From contig CAXXVZ010000003.1 in NCBI GenBank assembly GCA_963678065.2, forward strand, positions 1,888,001 to 1,952,000: a DNA stretch of 64,000 bases. The letters run 5' to 3'. Each line of letters opens with the position of its first letter. Within the stretch, counting starts at the first letter, position 1. Shown here piece after piece: positions 58,965 through 64,000 of this stretch. Source of the stretch: Treponemataceae bacterium (GTDB lineage Bacteria; Spirochaetota; Spirochaetia; Treponematales; Rectinemataceae). The notes under the pieces were generated by a model, which worked only from the letters and a program-made list of their open reading frames with translations, had not been told where the DNA came from and searched no databases. The position numbers and the translations under genes are program-made.

Positions 58965-59927
58965 TCACCATGCATAGGCTTCGGGCGCCGGCCCCCCGGG
59001 ACCTGGCCAGATTTCATCGACGCGTTCGAGCTCGTCTTGCTCCAGATGGACACCGACTGAGTCGAGAGAGCTTCTGAAATGGGATACTTTTGACGGTCCG
59101 ATGACTATCGAGGTGACGAGGGGATTGGCGAGCAGCCACGCTTGGGCCACGGACTCTGGAGATCGGCCCTTCTCCGCGCAGAACGAGAACCACCCGTCGA
59201 GTCTGGATTGTCTGTTCCGCCATTTCTCGTTTCCGGGATCATCGTTTCTGTCGTCGCTTGTGGTTCTCTTCGCGAGCGCGCCCCCATTGAGAGGGCTCCA
59301 GCAAAGGAAGCCGATGCCGTAATCTTCGCAGGCGGGAAGCAGCTCCAGCTCGACTGTCCTTTCGCAAAGATTGTAGATGCTCTGTTCGGAGACCAATCCC
59401 AGGAAATTGCGCCTTTTGGCGTTTTCGCTAGCCTTGGCGATTTGCCAAGCGGGAAAATTGCTGCTGCCTATATATAGGACTTTTCCATCCTGAACGAGTT
59501 TTTCCATAGCCTGCCAGATTTCGTCCCACGTAGTACCGCGGTCGATATGGTGCATCTGGTAGAGATCTATCCGATCGGTTCGCAGTCTTCGCAGGCTCTC
59601 TTCGCAGGCTCGTATCACGTGGTACGCGGACAATCGGGCATCGTTGGGCCTTGGCCCGGTGACCCCATAAACCTTGGTGGCGAGGATAGCCTTTTCCCTA
59701 TTGCCGGGAGACCGGGCAAACCACCGCCCTATCACCTGCTCCGAAAGGCCTTCGCAGTTCTTTCCGCCATAGACATCTGCCGTGTCGATGAGGTTGACAC
59801 CGCTGTCTACCGCGAGATCCAGGAGCTCATGACTCCCGTTTTCATCCAGCTTTTTCCCGAAATTCATCGTTCCCAGACAGAGTCTGCTTATTTTCAAACC
59901 GGACCTGCCGAGTTTCACATATTCCAT
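58965..59927 (-). CDS. Aldo/keto reductase
   Basis: LCLGTMNFG, DTADVYG, ATK, SLRRLRTDRIDLYQMH. Confidence 0.95.
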   Translation of the reverse strand: MEYVKLGRSGLKISRLCLGTMNFGKKLDENGSHELLDLAVDSGVNLIDTADVYGGKNCEGLSEQVIGRWFARSPGNREKAILATKVYGVTGPRPNDARLSAYHVIRACEESLRRLRTDRIDLYQMHHIDRGTTWDEIWQAMEKLVQDGKVLYIGSSNFPAWQIAKASENAKRRNFLGLVSEQSIYNLCERTVELELLPACEDYGIGFLCWSPLNGGALAKRTTSDDRNDDPGNEKWRNRQSRLDGWFSFCAEKGRSPESVAQAWLLANPLVTSIVIGPSKVSHFRSSLDSVGVHLEQDELERVDEIWPGPGGPAPEAYAW

Positions 59928-60151
59928 GGCCTGCCAACCTCTATGTTCTTGGCGTCGCGCCGCATCTCTGTCGAACCGCGATCTTGACGCTATCGTAGGG
60001 CGCCTGTGTCAAAGAAGCGTCATATGAGCGTCTATTGACCGTCGAATATGCAAGAGACAGCATATTTTTGGTCGGCTCTTCCTGGGAAAAACGAATTGTT
60101 GGCGGGGAAGAAGTGGAATACACTGGGCTCCACCTGGGAGGATGCACACAA

Positions 60152-63100
60152 ATGCCTGCTATTAGTCTGCATTGGCTCGGCAGCCCGATGGTAAAGGTTG
60201 ACGGCGAAGAGACACTTCCCAAGACTCGCAAGGCCCTCGCGTTGATCATCTATTTGAGCGTCACGAGGAGAGGCCATAGCCGGGATTCCCTGTCGACGCT
60301 TCTGTGGCCGGATTTCGATCGAAGGAGGGCGCACGCCAATCTTCGACAGACCCTATTGTACGTCAACAAGATTTTCGGGAAGGAATTCTGCGAGCTACAC
60401 CGCGACGTCGTCTCGATCGGCGCGGCGCCGGGCATATGGGTCGATACCGATGAACTGATGAAGACTCTGGGCAAAGTGGAAGCCCACCGCCACGGGAAAG
60501 GCGGCATGTGCGACGACTGCATGCGGTCGATGCAGGATCTGGCCGGGATATGCCGCGGCCATTTTCTGGATGGATTTCACCTGCCGGGATGTTCCGAGTA
60601 CGACATATGGCAGGAATCGCAAGGGCAGGAGTACAGTCAAAAATTGACGAACGTGTTCGAGAGATTGGTCAATGCGTCGATCATCGCGAAGGACCGCCAG
60701 AACGCCATCTATTACGCCCGGAGGTGGCTGCTGGAAGATTCCTGCAACGAGCTGGCCCACAGGACCCTCATGCGACTGTATTTCGAGATCGGCAAGAAAT
60801 ACGCGTCGTTGCGGCAATACCAAGACTGCATCAAGTCCCTGAAAGAGGAGCTCGGAATATCGCCGGAACCCAAAACACTCGAATTGTACAGTCAAATATG
60901 CAAGGACAATCTCGACGACGAACAGGAAATAAGCCATCATCAGTCCGTCATCCAGGCCCGCGCGGACAGCCAGGCATCCGGCCGCGCGCTGCCTATCAAG
61001 AACTCCATTCCGTTCATGCCAAACGACTATGTAGAAAGATCCCGCCTCGACTCGAAACTGAACGACGGCCTGCAGATACCGGTCACGCTGGTATCCGGGC
61101 CGGCAGGGTTCGGCAAGACGACGCTGTTGGCGCAGTGGGCGCAGTGTTTGATGAAGCGGCAGAGAGTGACCGTGGCTTGGTTCTCCGTCGATGGTTCCGA
61201 CAACGACGAGGTGCGCTTCCTCAACAATCTCAGCCACTCGCTCAGCAGCGCCAGATCGATGTCCCTGGAAAAGGAATATCTCTTTCTTCAGACGGCTCCT
61301 GCTCCCATGGCAAAAGCGACCATCGATTCATTCCTGTATGCGCTTGAAGCGAAAAGCGAACCGGTGGCCATCGTTCTGGACGACTTCCACTTCATCGAAA
61401 ACAAAAAAGTCCACGCCTTGCTGATGGAGTTGATAGAGAGGATGCCCTCGAATGTGCATGTATTCATTTCGACAAGATCGGACAGTCCTGTAGGAATATC
61501 GAGATTTCGCCTGAATAAAGGCATAATCGAGATAAGGATGGATGATCTCAGGTTCACCGCTCAGGAAATGGAAGCATATCTGAACACATGCAGAAGGCTT
61601 GATCTGTCCGATAGGGAGCTGGACTTGCTGGTAATCAAAACGGAAGGATGGATAGCCGGCCTGCAGATAGCCGCGAATTCGCTGAAAGGAGACCGCGGAG
61701 ATTCCGCCGCGATCGCGAATTTTTGCGGCAGCAAGAGCCAGATCATGGATTACATGGTGGAGGAAGTGCTGCATGGCCAGGATATGGGGGTCATGGATTT
61801 CCTTCTGCGGACGGCGATACTGGACAAGATGACGGATTCGCTTTGCAGGGCGATGACGGGAATGGACAGCTGTCAAGAGATACTCGAGAGACTCGTGAGT
61901 CTGAACTTGTTCATCCAGCAGCTCGACGAAGACCGGTTGTGGTACAGGTATCACCATCTGTTCAGGGACGTGCTGGAAACAAGGCTGAGACGGTCGTTGA
62001 CGGATGAGAAAATCAGAAGCATGCACATGACCGCGGCGAGGTGGTATCTGTCACAAGGGCTCTACGACGACGCGATAACCCACAGCCTGCACGCGCGCAA
62101 TTACGGGTTCATCGCTCGCCTGATCGACGCTGCGTTCATGGAGAAGCTGTCGCAGGGCGATCACGGAGCGGTGGTCGCATGGATAGACGCGATGCCGGAC
62201 GACGTCGTCCGGAAGTACCCCAATCTGTGCGTGGCGAAATCATGGGCCTTGCTGTTTTCAGGGCTGATCGCTCAGGCGGAAGTCTACCTTAAATGCGTCC
62301 AGGACAGCGTTCGCGACGCGTCGGGGAAAGAGGAATCGCGTATCCCTTCATATATCACCGCCATCCGCGCCTACGTCGCGGAATGCAGAGGCGATGAAAA
62401 GCTGGGCATGGAACTTGCGCTGGAAGCCAACGAGCAGCTGGCTGAAGACGATTTTTTCCCGCGGGGGGTGATGTTCTTCCTCCTCGGGAGGCTGTACAGA
62501 AAAATGGGCGATCTGGATTCCGCGGAGGGGACATTCCTGAAGATCGCGGAATTGGGGATATCCCACGGCAATCAGTGGATGCAGGCGATAAGCGTGTGCG
62601 ATATAGCGACTATCAGGCAGATGCAGGGGAGATTGTCGGAAGCATCGGAGATTTGCAGGAATTTCATACTGCGGACGATGACGAACAGCGAGTCGGACCA
62701 TGGCACCGCGGCCCGCGTGCTGTTCAGGTTCTCCGATATACTCTACGAGAAGAACAAGATAAAGGAGGCCAGGAAGAATATCGCGACTGGATTCAACTCG
62801 ATGCTCGAAGGGCAGAATCCGAACGATCTCGCCTTCGGCAATATCGAACTCGCGCAAATCTATCTTGCGGCGAGGAACGAAAGAGGCGCCAGGCATACAT
62901 TGAAGACGCTCGACGAATTGAAAACGAAATTCGATCTGCACCCGCACTTGGTGAGCTGGATGGAGATCTGCAGAATCAGATTCGAGCGGGAGTCGGGGAA
63001 CTGGTATGAGGCTGCGGCTCTAGCCCGAAGACTCGTCTCCAAAAAGGTGGATGGACCGCTGGTTAAGGAATTCGAGCTGATCGAGTATTGTCGAGTCCTC

Positions 63101-63460
63101 GTCCACTGCCCGGACGGCGCGACGAACAGGCAATTCATCCGGGAAGCCATGGGAATAATGGATGATTTATCGAAAACGACAAAGCTGGAGGGGCGACTCT
63201 ATCGCCATTACCAATTGGTCATTCTCCAGGCTGTCGCCACTAGCCTGATGGGAAACTCGGAGGAAGCTTTGATCCTCATCACCCGGGCCTTGGCCGCCTT
63301 GGAATCCGAGGGCTACCTGAGAACCTTCCTGGACGAAGGCGCGCTCGTCGCGGATCTTCTGAAGATGGGCCAAGAAAGAAGAACATGGGCGTCTCTGCCA
63401 TTGCGGTATTATGTGGACAGCATTCAAAGCGCGTTTGCCCGCGAGAGTCTCACAGTATGA
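60152..63460 (+). CDS. SARP (wHTH+BTAD) fused to MalT-like ATPase/TPR regulator
   Basis: SRDSLSTLLWP, ELAHRTLMRLY, GPAGFGKTTLL, LDDFH, TEGWIAGL, WYRYHHLF. Confidence 0.85.
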   Translation: MPAISLHWLGSPMVKVDGEETLPKTRKALALIIYLSVTRRGHSRDSLSTLLWPDFDRRRAHANLRQTLLYVNKIFGKEFCELHRDVVSIGAAPGIWVDTDELMKTLGKVEAHRHGKGGMCDDCMRSMQDLAGICRGHFLDGFHLPGCSEYDIWQESQGQEYSQKLTNVFERLVNASIIAKDRQNAIYYARRWLLEDSCNELAHRTLMRLYFEIGKKYASLRQYQDCIKSLKEELGISPEPKTLELYSQICKDNLDDEQEISHHQSVIQARADSQASGRALPIKNSIPFMPNDYVERSRLDSKLNDGLQIPVTLVSGPAGFGKTTLLAQWAQCLMKRQRVTVAWFSVDGSDNDEVRFLNNLSHSLSSARSMSLEKEYLFLQTAPAPMAKATIDSFLYALEAKSEPVAIVLDDFHFIENKKVHALLMELIERMPSNVHVFISTRSDSPVGISRFRLNKGIIEIRMDDLRFTAQEMEAYLNTCRRLDLSDRELDLLVIKTEGWIAGLQIAANSLKGDRGDSAAIANFCGSKSQIMDYMVEEVLHGQDMGVMDFLLRTAILDKMTDSLCRAMTGMDSCQEILERLVSLNLFIQQLDEDRLWYRYHHLFRDVLETRLRRSLTDEKIRSMHMTAARWYLSQGLYDDAITHSLHARNYGFIARLIDAAFMEKLSQGDHGAVVAWIDAMPDDVVRKYPNLCVAKSWALLFSGLIAQAEVYLKCVQDSVRDASGKEESRIPSYITAIRAYVAECRGDEKLGMELALEANEQLAEDDFFPRGVMFFLLGRLYRKMGDLDSAEGTFLKIAELGISHGNQWMQAISVCDIATIRQMQGRLSEASEICRNFILRTMTNSESDHGTAARVLFRFSDILYEKNKIKEARKNIATGFNSMLEGQNPNDLAFGNIELAQIYLAARNERGARHTLKTLDELKTKFDLHPHLVSWMEICRIRFERESGNWYEAAALARRLVSKKVDGPLVKEFELIEYCRVLVHCPDGATNRQFIREAMGIMDDLSKTTKLEGRLYRHYQLVILQAVATSLMGNSEEALILITRALAALESEGYLRTFLDEGALVADLLKMGQERRTWASLPLRYYVDSIQSAFARESLTV

Positions 63461-63560
63461 CTCTCCCACCAGCGAACGCTCAGGGTGCCACTGCACCCCA
63501 ATCAGGGGAAGTTCCTCGTGGTCAAAGGCCTCCGCGCGGACTTTCGCAGCTATCGTGACA
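63457..63560 (-). pseudogene. Fragment of a class I glutamine amidotransferase (peptidase C26-like)
   Basis: EAF...IGVQWHPE motif only. Confidence 0.45.
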
Positions 63561-63769
63561 CGATTCTCCCGAGGCGGCAGTGTGGAATAATCCAAGAAAG
63601 GTGGACAATCTTAAAAACTGCGGCTTCCCCCCACGTGTTCCGGAATCGACCGAATCGTTGAGCCGCACCTCGCGCGAGAGCCGCTAAGCGCGCCTCCGGG
63701 GCTATCGGAACGATCGTTCGCCTCGGGCATAGTCTCGCAATGCGGCACGATGCATGTTATAGTCGTGTC

Positions 63770-64000
63770 GTGAGACCTAACCCCTCGGCCGCGCGCTGCA
63801 GGCTCGCGACGTGGCTCCTGCTCCCGGCCCTGGCCTGCGCGGGCATGGCGTCATGCGGCGCCTGGAAGGGGGCCGAAACAGCCTCTCGTCCGTCCCGCAA
63901 GATCCAAGTCATGGCTTCTGACGGCTGGATATACGATGTACTCGGCGAGAACGCCAAGCTCTTCGAGAAGGAGACAGGCATCAAGGTCTCGTTCTCGATA
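63770..64000 (+). CDS. Sugar ABC substrate-binding lipoprotein (5' part)
   Basis: Manual translation: leader with MASC lipobox, then AKLFEKETGIKVSF. Confidence 0.7.
   Translation, partial: MRPNPSAARCRLATWLLLPALACAGMASCGAWKGAETASRPSRKIQVMASDGWIYDVLGENAKLFEKETGIKVSFSI

Noticed and set aside
1..64000. CRISPR array or cas genes
   Set aside because: No regularly spaced repeat-spacer array seen; periodic repeats are explained by ankyrin coding units, iterons or a microsatellite.

Overview
Bacterial window, probably from a GC-rich anaerobic spirochaete (inferred from gene style, not shown). It starts with housekeeping genes (kdd, PEGA protein, GNAT, ROK kinase), followed by about 45 kb of mostly accessory DNA between tRNA-Thr(CGT) and tRNA-Ala(CGC). 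(1) A 9.5-kb element integrated in tRNA-Thr with 42-bp att repeats. It carries integrase, AlpA-like xis, an initiator with internal iterons, DnaB, a terminase small subunit and an ankyrin cargo, but no capsid or tail genes, so it looks like a PICI-like phage satellite. (2) A DUF4402-pilin/chaperone/usher fimbrial operon whose chaperone is split by three nested IS (IS630 > IS3 > IS110). The IS110 sits exactly in the IS3 A7 frameshift site, and its 5' non-coding RNA region has a loop matching that target (candidate bridge/seek RNA). (3) A NiCo-like riboswitch upstream of a P-type ATPase. (4) An 8.4-kb sugar-uptake cluster bounded by 52-bp direct repeats, with a circularly permuted two-component pair. 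(5) Tandem decayed mini-islands at tRNA-Ala. (6) A nucleoside uptake/catabolism cluster with a SARP-MalT regulator. All family assignments come from reading motifs by eye; no database searches were run.
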